A stretch of 64,000 nucleotides of DNA, from positions 1 through 64,000 of the forward strand of contig JAUCBJ010006520.1 of NCBI GenBank assembly GCA_032718475.1, read 5' to 3'. The position numbers and the translations under genes are program-made. The notes under the pieces are model-generated. The model was given only the letters and a program-made list of their open reading frames with translations. It did not search any database and was not told the origin of the DNA. Source of the DNA: Nemertoderma westbladi (Eukaryota; Animalia; Xenacoelomorpha). Shown one piece after another: positions 46,750 to 58,391 of the stretch; the stretch's first letter is position 1; each line of letters opens with the position of its first letter.

Positions 46750-49700
46750 GGGTCAATAAGCTTAAAAGTGGCCAATGGTTTGTCCGGAAGTTACGATATA
46801 ATTTTAAATGCTTTAATTTATTCGTATTTAATAAAGTTATATATTATTTTGTAGCTAATTTATTTGCGCAGCTTACGCACTAAAAATTATCAAAATCTGT
46901 TAAGGCAGTCAAAAGATATGCCCCATCAAAGACTGAAATATCGTGAAAATCAGTTGTCCCTTACATGACAAGACCACAAACAACTGTAAATTTTATCACT
47001 CCAAGTGGCAAATATATAGGAAACCTATATATTGTTGGGAAGCTTAGATGTTTTGCTTTCTTTTCCGATATATTTCAGGCCATAATATTCATGTTGAACC
47101 ATTTGAGATCGATACATAAAATGGGCATGGATTTTTCTATTTTTGTGTCACATCTGTAACATTTACGTCTAGAATCTGAAGTAGTAACTGCAGGTTTACA
47201 GTTTTGATATATTTAGAATCTACAGGGTTTCTAGTATATATAGGCCAAATATCACATACAAAGGACAAGGTCATCTCATTTGGGAAGTATTTATGTTTAA
47301 CAAAGTCAATATTGAAAGCATAAACGTCCATATCTGTAACGCTACAAATGTGGCCATATATTTTGATAATATTAATCTCATACAAGTATAATGGTACGTG
47401 TGGAAAGGCAATTTGAATTTATGCCGCATTAACCCCAAGAGTTAATGTGATAAATAAACACCTAGAATGTATGGCGGTGGTAAGCGTTTTTGTCAACCAT
47501 CTGTAACGCGTCACCGTTACAGTGCAGTGCGTTACAGATAAGGCATGTCTCATCTGTAACGCATTATATAACCAGTTATCGATGCGTTACAGACTGTAGG
47601 TTTTCAGTCATATCTATATGACAGTCCTATCTGTAACGGAGTGTCATCTTGAAATACAATAAGGCATCACTGACAATATTTGAATGTCTACGCGTGTGAT
47701 ACGTTATTCGTCTTCCTACTGACATCCTAACTGCTCATGGTAATGTGGTAGTGTAAGATGGGTAAGTGTAAAACGCGGAACCGGATGCAGGATCCGGATC
47801 GGTTCTCGAATTTTGAGGTTAAAACGCGGATCCGGGTTTTCATGAAATCCGGAAATGAGTGCAAAATGCGAATTCAAGCTAATTTTAATTCTCAAGTGTT
47901 ACTGGATCCTCCCGTAAGGGGAGTAAAACACGGATTCATGTTTATCTCTATCCGGGAAGAGGTGATTGTGGATTCTGGGGAGTAAAGCGCAGATTCACTT
48001 CACATATGAAATTTTATGAATCCAGAGCTTCTGGGTCCGTGGTAAATAATTTAGGAATTAATTGCAAATATATACAATCTCCATCTTATAAATTTTAAAA
48101 GTAGGCCTTTAAATAAAATGTGCTTTTTGCAGAATTTCGCTTTATTTCGTTTAGAATTGTAGAAGATACATTTCCTACAAACAGTGTTTTTTTTAACATA
48201 CAATGGTAATGGTGAAAAATATCGAGACTTGAATAATATCGAGAGTAAAAATAACGAGAGTAAAAATATCGAGAGTAAAAATAACGAGTGTTGAAAATTA
48301 ACGTGATTAAAAAATATCGAGAGTAAAAATAACACGAGATGAAAAATATCGAAAATAACGAGTGTTGAAAAATATCGAGTGTTGAAAAATATCGAGAGTA
48401 AAAATATCGAGTGTTGAAAAATATCGAGAGTAAAAATATCGAGTGTTGAAAAATATCGAGAGTAAAAATATCGAGTGTATATTGCAGTGCATGGGTTACA
48501 ACAGTGCAAGTGAATGGCATTATGTACAGTAATACACCTTGGGTACCCATTTACCAGATTTATTATACTAGCTAGTTTTTGCTATTTTTTTAATAAATAT
48601 TATAAAAGAAGTGCTAGCTATAAATTTTGATAAATATTATAAATATTGTTAAATATTATATTAGAACACGTACCTTATAAGCTACCAAATGTTGATAAAT
48701 ATTGTTGTTCTAGAACATTTTTAGTAAAAAAATTATCATACAACCCTTATTTAAAAAAATTGTTACTATCGATATTTTTACTCTCGATATTTTTCAACAT
48801 TCTATATTTTTCAACACTCGATATTTTTACTCTCGATATTTTTCAACACTCGATATTTTTCAACACTCGATATTTTTCAACACTCGATATTTTTCAACAC
48901 TCGACATTTTTCAACACTCGATATTTTTACTCTCGATATTTTTCAACACTCGATATTTTTACTCTCGATATTTTTCAACACTCGATATTTTTACTCTCGA
49001 TATTTTTCAACACTCGATATTTTTACTCTCGATATTTTTCAACACTCGATATTTTTACTCTCGATATTTTTACTCTCGATATTTTTCAACACTCGGTATT
49101 TTTACTCTCGATATTTTTACCCTCGATATTTTTACTCTCGATATTTTTTGAACTCTCGATATTATCGTTATTTTTCACCACTCGATGTTTTTACTCGCGT
49201 TATTTTTACTCTCGATATTTTTCATGTCTCGATATTTTTCAATATAACCCATACAATATATTGTACAGACGGTACTTTGCCCTGTTTCGTTTTGCGTTTT
49301 TCGTTATTAGGCTTCCCTGCATAGGCGCGTAATTTATTACAACAATGCTGATAGCAATGATCCTCATAGCATATAAAAGGCCTATGCCCTATATTTTACT
49401 ATCAATTTCTAAATCATTGGCTTAACATCACTTAACGGACTTACATGACGGACTTGTGCACTACTTATATTATTGTGATAAGTTTAGTCAGATCCGTTTA
49501 TTGGATGTGGTAATAGACGTCTCTGAATCAGTTTCAGTTGCAGAGTAACGCCAGGGAGCGGTTAAATAAGTACAGAGGAAAAATGGACCGCGGTTGTTAT
49601 ACAGAGTATTTTAAACAAGCATATAAAAAGCGGCGCGATAGAGAAAATTTAACACGGGATAAAACAAATTGTGTAAAACAAGATTATCGGTTACACAGAA

Positions 49701-50144
49701 AAATGTTAATGAAAAACTTTTTCTATATTTATTGGAAATCATGTGCATTAAGTACATATAATTTAATGGATGCGATGATTATGGGCAGATATCGCTGTTT
49801 GTTACAGATGTTTGTCCAATAAATTACCTTATTGTCGAAGCAATAAGTTATAAATACTGCAAAATCCATATAACATAATTACCGTTACAGATGGCCGTTA
49901 CAGACGTTTGTCCCAAAAATGTCATCACTGTAATGCGTTACAGTGGTAGACAAAAACGTTACAGATATGACATTAGTTTTTGCCATATATCTCCCTTTGA
50001 GCAGCGCGTCATGCTCTCCCTCTACCATCACAAGATTCGCCATGAAATTATCTTTCGAATGGTGTATGGTATGGCACTAATTTCCGACAAAAAATTTTTG
50101 GTCAATTTGTACCCCTTTTTGGCCACTTTTAAGCTTATTGACCC
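46750..50144. mobile_element. Sola2-like non-autonomous element nested in the Academ
   Basis: 26-bp perfect TIR GGGTCAATAAGCTTAAAAGTGGCCAA. 4-bp TSD ATGA (46746-46749 and 50145-50148). Internal ATCTGTAAC/GTTACAGAT motifs in mirrored orientation. The superfamily is inferred from GRG termini and the 4-bp TSD. Confidence 0.75.
48205..49249. mobile_element. Foldback/MULE-like element with AAAAATATCGAG tandem-array TIRs
   Basis: Termini GGTAATGGTGAAAAATATCGAGAC / GTCTCGATATTTTTCAATATAACC. Exact 8-bp TSD CATACAAT (48197-48204 and 49250-49257). Inverted arrays of 16-18-bp units. Confidence 0.85.
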
Positions 50145-50882
50145 ATGAGTGTCAGTAGGCATAGTAGTTTTTCATTTGGAAAAATAGAGCGTTAGCTGTA
50201 GCCTTCGTTACCATAACAACACTTGAATAGTTTCTCTAAAATTTTCATGTTCTCGATCAAAATTACAACCAGTTCAAGCCCAACAGTTAATCGCCATTCT
50301 GATCGCTTAAAAGCTTTTATAGAAATTACTGTAGTCCATAGAAACGGGTCATTAATTCATATTGCCCAAGGTGTCAAAGTCCATAAATCACTTTTTTATG
50401 TTAAGAGGGACCCCTAGACACCAAAACATCCAAAAAATGTAATCCGTCCAAAAATTTTCGGTTAGGCCAAAAAGAGGTACGTGGCTGCCGGACTAAATAG
50501 AATACAATACAAAAATATAATACAATTTTTGGCTGGAATAGATTTCAAAAAATAAAGTTAAAATTACCCGTAAATAGGACATAAGTTGATATAATTATTT
50601 ATTGTGGTGTTTTCTTTATGTAAATATTGTTTTTAGATTGTTACTGGTCTAAATAATATTTATTTAGCCCGATATATTTTATTTTAGTGAATTAAGAAAA
50701 CTGCCAAATATATCATACATATAGATACTGAATTGGGTCGAATGTCCAAATAAGACAAAGATCCGAATTAGACGATGATATAAAAGTGGTCAAAATGGCG
50801 ACGTTTCGTCATGTCAGAAAGTTTTTGCAAAATGTGTGCTATAGCAGCAATAGCCCCTAACGCAGCCTTATGCTATATATAG

Positions 50883-51853
50883 CTTACGCTATACCTTACG
50901 CTATACCTTACGCTATACCTTACGCTATACCTTACGCTATACCTTACGCTATACCTTACGCTTTCCCTTACGCTATACCTTACGCTATACCTTACGCTAT
51001 ACCTTACGCTATACCTTACGCTTTCCCTTACGCTATACCTTAAGCTATACCTTACGCTATACCTTACGCTATACCTTACGCTATACCTTACGCTATACCT
51101 TACGCTATACCTTACGCTATACCTTACGCTATACCTTACGCTTTCCCTTACGCTATACCTTACGCTATACCTTACGCTATACCTTACGCTATACCTTACG
51201 CTATACCTTACGCTTTCCCTTACGCTATACCTTACGCTATACCTTACGCTATACCTTACGCTATACCTTACGCTTTCCCTTACGCTATACCTTACGCTAT
51301 ACCTTACGCTATACCTTACGCTATACCTTACGCTATACCTTACGCTATACCTTACGCTATACCTTCGCTATACCTTACGCTATACCTTACGCTATACCTT
51401 ACGCTATACCTTACGCTATACCTTACGCTATACCTTACGCTTTCCCTTACGCTATACCTTACGCTATACCTTACGCTATACCTTACGCTATACCTTACGC
51501 TATACCTTACGCTATACCTTACGCTATACCTTCGCTATACCTTACGCTATACCTTACGCTATACCTTACGCTATACCTTACGCTTTCCCTTACGCTATAC
51601 CTTACGCTATACCTTACGCTTTCCCTTACGCTATACCTTACGCTATACCTTACGCTATACCTTACGCTATACCTTACGCTATACCTTACGCTATACCTTA
51701 CGCTATACCTTCGCTATACCTTACGCTATACCTTACGCTATACCTTACGCTATACCTTACGCTTTCCCTTACGCTATACCTTACGCTATACCTTACGCTA
51801 CGCTATACCTTACGCTATACCTTACGCTATACCTTAAGCTATACCTTAAGCTA
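50883..51853. repeat. 12-bp minisatellite (CTATACCTTACG), ~80 copies, in PK intron
   Basis: Directly visible, with CTTTCCCTTACG variant units. Confidence 0.98.
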
Positions 51854-52352
51854 CGGCTATATATATATATGTAATGTATTGATTACTTCTCTACAAACTT
51901 ACATTATTAATAAATAAAACATAATATTAACATAAAATGTTTCTAGAGGGTAGAGTTAATAATGATGCAAAATTACAATGTATATTATATTGTATTAGTT
52001 TATAGTATGATCAGCGGCTTTTTCAAAATCAGCTTTGATTCAATAGTATCGGAATTGCTTGTGAGTAGTTCCGCTTGAAGCCTTTCTTCTCTTTGGCTGC
52101 CGCTTGGATGCGGTTTGGCTTCCCGAATAACGATTCGAGGGGTAGTCGCAATCTGCTTGCAAGTGGCTTGTAAGCCACTTGCGAGCGGCTTAATTTGTAT
52201 TAAGCGGACTGCAAGCGGATTGACAAGCCGCCTGAATTATGGTTAGTGAGAAGGTACCGTCCCGGTCCCTATTTCTGATGTTGCTATTATTCTCTCCATA
52301 TTTTTGTACAAACACATTTGTTGCTGTTATATTTTACCCATATTTCTTACAG

Positions 52353-52562
52353 ATGCATCTATGGCGCGGTCTGTTCCCAATATACTACGAAGCTCCACGC
52401 GACCCGGAATGGGGCAACGACTTAGATAAGCGAGTTAACTTTGCGCTCGCCATCGGGAAGGCTAGACAGTTCCTGCACGTCGGAGACATTGTGGTCTGTG
52501 TGTCGGGTTGGAGACCCGGCAGTGGGTTCACCAACACTCTCAGGGTTATGACTGTCGAGTAA
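52353..52562 (+). CDS. PKM: Pyruvate kinase terminal coding exon
   Basis: Acceptor ttcttacag|ATG. MHLWRGLFP…WGNDLDKRVNFALAIGKARQFLHVGDIVVCVSGWRPGSGFTNTLRVMTVE*. Phase 0 matches the previous donor. Confidence 0.95.
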   Translation: MHLWRGLFPIYYEAPRDPEWGNDLDKRVNFALAIGKARQFLHVGDIVVCVSGWRPGSGFTNTLRVMTVE

Positions 52563-52894
52563 TGCCGACCACGTGATCCCAAGCACGCGGGTCACGTGTC
52601 CCACGTCCCTCTCTGGTGGATATATCGGTACAGGTTGTAAGCTAAATAGGCATTAACTGTGCGACCTACAATCCATACCTCTGTGTTTATCATTTAGGGA
52701 CTAGTTTGTTTAAAAGTTTTGTTGTTTTACGTAGCTACCTAGTTGTGAAACAAAAGTCGACGGTATTCTGTGCTAAAATCATTTATTAATTGTTGATTTG
52801 CCCATTATTTATAATTTATACAGCCTCGCGTTTAATCAGACATCACACGAGTAATAATTCTACAATTACAGTAAACCTTTAAATATGTTGTTAC

Positions 52895-52900
52895 AATAAA
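52895..52900 (+). terminator. Candidate polyadenylation signal of pyruvate kinase
   Basis: AATAAA ~330 nt after the stop codon, followed by T/GT-rich sequence. Confidence 0.4.
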
Positions 52901-53838
52901 TGTTTTATTCTTTGCAATACTCATCATAGCCCAAAATATATTTAGTTCCTGGTGAATACAGGCCATATTTTACGCAGAGTAGCGTCGATATGTGAAGTTA
53001 TAGACTAAGTAATTAAATTATAAGCATTTATTTTATGCACCCGTCATGCACGAATATGTTTTGTAGTAAATTTCATACTAATGTACTACATAATGCTGCG
53101 CGTAGTGTTTAATTTAATTTATTGTGCGGGTCTTCTCTACTTAATGTGAATTAACAGTTTTCCTAGAATATATTTTGGTGTTTATTGCATTATAGTTTAA
53201 TATATCCTGATATACAACAACACAAATCACAATATTTCAAGTTTTTACCAAAATTCCTGACTAAATTCTGATCTAGTTCTGCCAAGGTGGTTGGTTAGGT
53301 CGAGAACAGATAAAAGAAAGACAGTGAAGAGCCATGGCCTGCAATTAGTAATAAATGACATTTTCTTCCACCTTTCTTCTGATGATAATAATTTCTGATT
53401 TTTAATGGGCTATTAAATTTTCACAATAATAGGTATAATATTCTGTATATGTTCTTTATATATTATGTTTATCTCCCACCTGTTTCGTGATTTTCATTGC
53501 GGACCTGGCGTTAGCTCTACGACAATCGGTCAACTTTCTAAAATTCTTATTTTACGCAGCACGTCGTGGTTATTTATTCCCCAGACAAAGAAGGGATTCA
53601 ACATGCTTTGAATATTTTACATAGATGGTGGTGTACAGAAAATACTATGGAAGTAAACCTGGTTAAAACAAAAATAATAAAAAAATAAAATAAAAATAAG
53701 TAAAACGAAAAGCGGGACGATTAGCTCAATCCGACAAATTTACATTGGTGAAAATAATAATACAATATGTAACAGCTACGAATATTTAGGAGTAACATTA
53801 CATTACAACCTTATCTATGGAACGCCAATAGCTTCATG

Positions 53839-54889
53839 ATGTTACTAGCAACTAATAGTTGGTAGCTACTTTTTAATTTGGTACAAAAAATTATCTACCA
53901 TCTATTGAGCCAATACGACAAAAGTACCTATCAACTAGTTGATAGCTACATTTTTGTTATTGGTCAGTTTATTATAGCCAATAGAAAAAATAATTTCCTA
54001 TTTACTAATGATTATCTTATTATGCCTCTTGTACGTAGGAATGTAAAATACATTTCTGAATAGCTCCTTGTATGTAGAGCAGAACAGCGTTATTTAATTA
54101 TAAAATAAATTATGAAAAAAAAGTTCTAACCATCTAATTACCCAATAAGAGAAAAGGAGCTACCAACTACATGGTAGGTATTTTTTCTTATTGACTAAAT
54201 ATAATGGTAGGTACTTTATTCTTATTGGCTAATATCAACTGACCAATAACAAAAATGAACCTACCAACTAGTTGGTAGGTACTTTTGTCCTATTGGTTAA
54301 GTAGATGGTAGGTACTTTTGTCCTATTGGTTAAGTAGATGGTAGGTACTTTTGTCCTATTGGTTAACTAGATGGTAGGTACTTTTGTCCTATTGGTTAAC
54401 TAGATGTTAGGTACTTTTTTCATATTGGCTAAAAGAAACTGACCAATAACAAAAATGTAGCTACCAACTAGTTGATAGGTACTTTTGTCCTATTGGTTAA
54501 GTAGATGGTAGGTACTTTTGTCCTATTGGTTAAGTAGATGGTAGGTACTTTTGTCCTATTGGTTAAGTAGATGGTAGGTACTTTTGTCCTATTGGTTAAC
54601 TAGATGGTAGGTACTTTTTCATATTGGCTAAAAGAAACTGACCAATAACAAAAATGTAGCTACCAACTAGTTGATAGGTACTTTTGTCCTATTGGTTAAA
54701 TAGATGGTAGGTACTTTTGTCCTATTGGTTAACTAGATGGTAGGTACTTTTTTCATATTGGCTAAAAGAAACTGACCAATAACAAAAATGTACCTACCAA
54801 CTACTTGGTAGATACTTTTTTTCCTATTGGCTAAGAGAAACTGACCAATAACAAAAATGTAGCTACCAACTATTAGTTAGTAGTAACAT
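53839..54889. mobile_element. MITE with ~30-bp TIRs and an internally amplified 33-bp repeat
   Basis: ATGTTACTAGCAACTAATAGTTGGTAGCTAC / GTAGCTACCAACTATTAGTTAGTAGTAACAT. Internal TAGATGGTAGGTACTTTTGTCCTATTGGTTAA(G/C) units in larger repeated blocks. Confidence 0.7.
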
Positions 54890-55534
54890 TATTGCCCTAT
54901 TTACCCAACGCGTCAAAAACAAAAAGAAGAAAGAATGCATTATAACATTATCGAGTATCTAAATAATCTCACCCAAGCCTCAATCGAATCTGAATACAAA
55001 ATATTCAATATGAAAAGAAACCTCTAACTCTTTCTCACCTTAAAAGAACTGGATAGGATTAAAACAATTTTTTTTACACGTATGATTTGTCTTCATAAAT
55101 CTGCTCAATCCGACAAATTAATATAATATGGTGATATTGAAAAGTTCTGTCTATCTTGAAATTAGCCTAACAGAATAATCGCCATGTACCGGTATTAACC
55201 AGGGCATCAGCACATGGATTTCACCCCAAACCGTATCATCCAGTCCTATATATAACCAGTAAACCCAGTCCTTTCATGATTTATGATTTAGAGAATGAAA
55301 ATATTGTAGTGGTCCCCGTAAGCTAAGCTTGCTTACTCCACCTTACGCCAAGGCACCTCGAATACGTGTATATTATATGCTTGCCTAATTATTTATTAAT
55401 TAACCTATAGCATTTACCTAAGCAGTGCAGCCACATCTCAATTCACATTGCAATTCACAAATTGAATATTTCTTCCTAAAGGAAAAAGACAACTCCAGCT
55501 TATCAAAGGTTACACAGGTTCAAAGCACCCACAC

Positions 55535-55870
55535 ATTGGTTCCACAACCGGTTCAAATGTTCTTCCCGTGGTCAAAGCTTCCACAAAATGGGTCAAAGGT
55601 TCCACAACCTGGTCAAAGCTTCCACAAAATGGGTCAAAGCTTACACAAAATGGGTCAAAGGTTCCACAACCTGGTCAAAGCTTCCACAAAATGGGTCAAA
55701 ATTTCCACACGGTGGTCAAAGGTTCTACACATTGGTCGAAGCTTCGACAAAATGTGACAAAGGTTCCACACATTGGTCAAAGGTTCGACGACTGGGTCAA
55801 AGATTCTACAAAATGGTTAACAGGCTCCTTACCCTGCCTGATCAAAGTTTCCACAAAATGGCTCAAATGT
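55535..55870. repeat. Degenerate 20-22-bp tandem repeat (GGTCAAAGGTTCCACAAAATG-like)
   Basis: Directly visible; accounts for ORFs 55425-55951. Confidence 0.85.
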
Positions 55871-56366
55871 TCTCTTTGCTGCTCCCCTTTACTAATACTA
55901 ACTAATTTCCTTACTTCTAAAATCCTTAGTTCCAAATCCCAAATTCCTTAGTTCCAAATACCAAATTCCTTCCCAAACTATCTCCCGCTTCTCTCAATCC
56001 ATCGAAACCTGAGAAGAAAGTCGCACCAATCGCTATACAACGGGTCAACATTAATTAATAATAAGTGAATTGTTGTGTGGTGAGTGACGCGGTGTATTAA
56101 ATATACAATATAAATATGACAATATGATAATGCTCTCCAAAGCGAAAATTCACTATAAATTTCATTCAACTAAAATTCACCACAACAATTCACTTATTAT
56201 TATTATTAATTAACAGCCTGGGCCAGGCATACGGGGTTACAGTGGTTTCTACAACACTGTATAATAGTTATTCTTTGAGGCATGGTTGCCATTTCTGGCA
56301 GAGCACGGGAATAACGAAAGTTGTACTTTCCTTTGAGTGATTGTATGGCCTTAATATGATCTCCCA

Positions 56367-57621
56367 CTCCATAGCGAAATATTCATCCGGTCTGGTAGCT
56401 CAGTACACTCACCCGGCTGATGATAACCAGGGCCGAGTAACTCAAAAAATCTTGAGATTGACCTTGAAACTTGAGATTAATCTTGAATCTGTTTTACTAC
56501 CATTCCTATCGGAAAAATGTCAAGGTCAACCTTAAGGTAGACTTCAGATTTTCCTCAAGGTAAACTTGAAATTTCAATCTGGTAACACAACAAATCTTGA
56601 CTTGAGTTGAAGTCAAGGTTCGAGATAAATTTCAAGGTAGCCGTGGAGGTACCTTCAAATTTTAAGTTATCTCAAATCATCGTTTTAGCTGTTACTGTTA
56701 GCCTACTGCTACCGGTACCACAAAAGAGCCATTTTTGCAGAATGCCCCCCACCCCGAAATGTTTTTGAACTTTGAAAGCAATTATCTTTGAATGACATTT
56801 TTTCACACGAAAAATACTATCGTTTTTTGTAATTTTATATTTTTTGGTAATTTCATAAGCTTAAGTAAATTTCGGCCAGTTTTCTTGATTACATAATATT
56901 TCTCCATTTTTTCCAATTATAAGTTAGAAAAAACATGGGATTTTTCTTTTTAATTTTAAATTTTTTTTACAAAATTGGCAATTATTAGATATAGAAAATT
57001 AAAACATAAAAAGTGGCCGAAAATATGATGAAAATGAGCATGCTGCTTTCAAAAAATGTGGTATCGAAAAATATCCCCCCCCCCCCCTTTAGTACTACAT
57101 TGCTCACCCCCCACAGGCTACTGTAGTCGGTAAACTAACTACAGCTTTCTATACAACTGTTTATAAGTTCCGTGGTGTTGGTGTGTAGGCCTACTGTGTA
57201 GGTTTAGGGGTGGGTGTTGGTGTTATCGAAATTACCATTGCCAAAGTGTTGCAACAGTGTGTTTAACACCTGTATTCAATAGCCCAAACTAGTACCTAAC
57301 TGTATACTGCAGGGATTATACAATGGGTTTCACTGCATAACCAAGGCAACTGCTGAAATAAACAAATATGTCGTCCATCTTTAATACTCAAGGTGAGCCT
57401 TGAAATTTCAAGTATAACCTTGACTAAGTATTGCTTTGAGTTACCCGCTTGACTGAAACTCAAGAAAATCTTAGTCAAGGTAAAACTTGAGTTTCAAGGA
57501 GACCTTGAAGTGGATTTCAAGGTCAATCACAAGATTGTTTGAGTTACTCGGCCCAGAAGTTTGAAACCTAGGGACCGGGTTCGAGCCCCAATAGGGCCGG
57601 TTGATATTTTTCGCTATGGAG
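56367..57621 (+). mobile_element. tRNA-like core enclosed by inverted repeats, split by a Harbinger-type MITE
   Basis: CTCCATAGCGAAATATTCATCCGG-TCTGGTAGCTCAGT (A box) … GGGTTCGAGCCCC (B box) AATAGGG-CCGGTTGATATTTTTCGCTATGGAG. Confidence 0.55.
56431..57553. mobile_element. PIF/Harbinger-type MITE
   Basis: TIR GGCCGAGTAACTCAAA(A/C)AATCTTG(A/T)GATTGACCTTGAAA at both ends. 3-bp TSD CAG (56428-56430 and 57554-57556). Confidence 0.85.
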
Positions 57622-58391
57622 AGCATTATCATATTGTGGGGCGAGCCACGCATATCATATTGTCTTATTTACATTGTATATTTAAAACACTTAATTAATT
57701 ACCTCGATAAAATAAATAACGCACGCATTAAAACGATGTTAGTTGTTAGGATTACAAATCGGCAAATATTAACCCGGTGCACCATAAACTCTGCTGGAAC
57801 ATTACATGAACTCGTGGAAGTTGTGAGATAAACTGTAATCACCCCCCCACAATCCATGTATAAATAAATTGTATTTTTATTACATCACATTTTTTTATAT
57901 TTAACAATGATTTTTTTACTGTTTGCCATGATTGGGGGCGTATCTATAATAATAAATAAATACAATAATACCAATAATACCCTATTCCTAACCGGTACTA
58001 AAAATTAGATGGGTGAGTAGAAAACAAAGACCCTATTATATAGACCTTCATAATCTTGTAATGTAACATGTCTTAACTTTCGTTTATTGTTTTGGTTCCC
58101 CCAACACGCCTCTGTAACCTGCTCCTTTACTAACCTGCTCCTTTAAATTGCAATGGGTCCTAAAGCTGTTTGTCAACCAACGCGACTTTAACTCTTTGTT
58201 TTGTACAGAACGGGCAGTAAAGTCTTGGGTATTTGTTTTGTACTCACCCAGTATTAGATTGTTATTCTGTGGGACAATTTGTTTCTGATCTAATACTCGT
58301 ATCATATAATCATAGAGACTGCAGTTATAGTTGTTGTAGAAATACAAGCTGCAGTCTTATTGCTACAACTTGTACTTTTAAAATGTCCCGC

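Larger units (their letters stand above)
44002..50495 (+). mobile_element. Academ (AcademX-type) DNA transposon, internally deleted, in the last PK intron
   Basis: TIRs TAGTCCGGCAGCCAC…CCGAAAATTTTTGGACGGATT and its inverted copy ending GTGGCTGCCGGACTA. 3-bp TSD AAT (43999-44001 and 50496-50498). Contains transposase/XPG/Cys-rich relics. Confidence 0.8.

Noticed and set aside
48051-49332. Hydrophobic ORFs (LDIFQHSIFLLSIFFNTRYF)
   Set aside because: Translations of the foldback element's tandem arrays.
52012-52234. Small MITE-like segment (CAGCGGCTT…AAGCCGCCTG)
   Set aside because: TIRs are short and imperfect and no TSD was found; too weak to call.
56389-57598. Functional tRNA gene
   Set aside because: D-arm and anticodon arm cannot be formed convincingly and the sequence is interrupted by a 1.1-kb MITE; treated as a tRNA-derived repeat.
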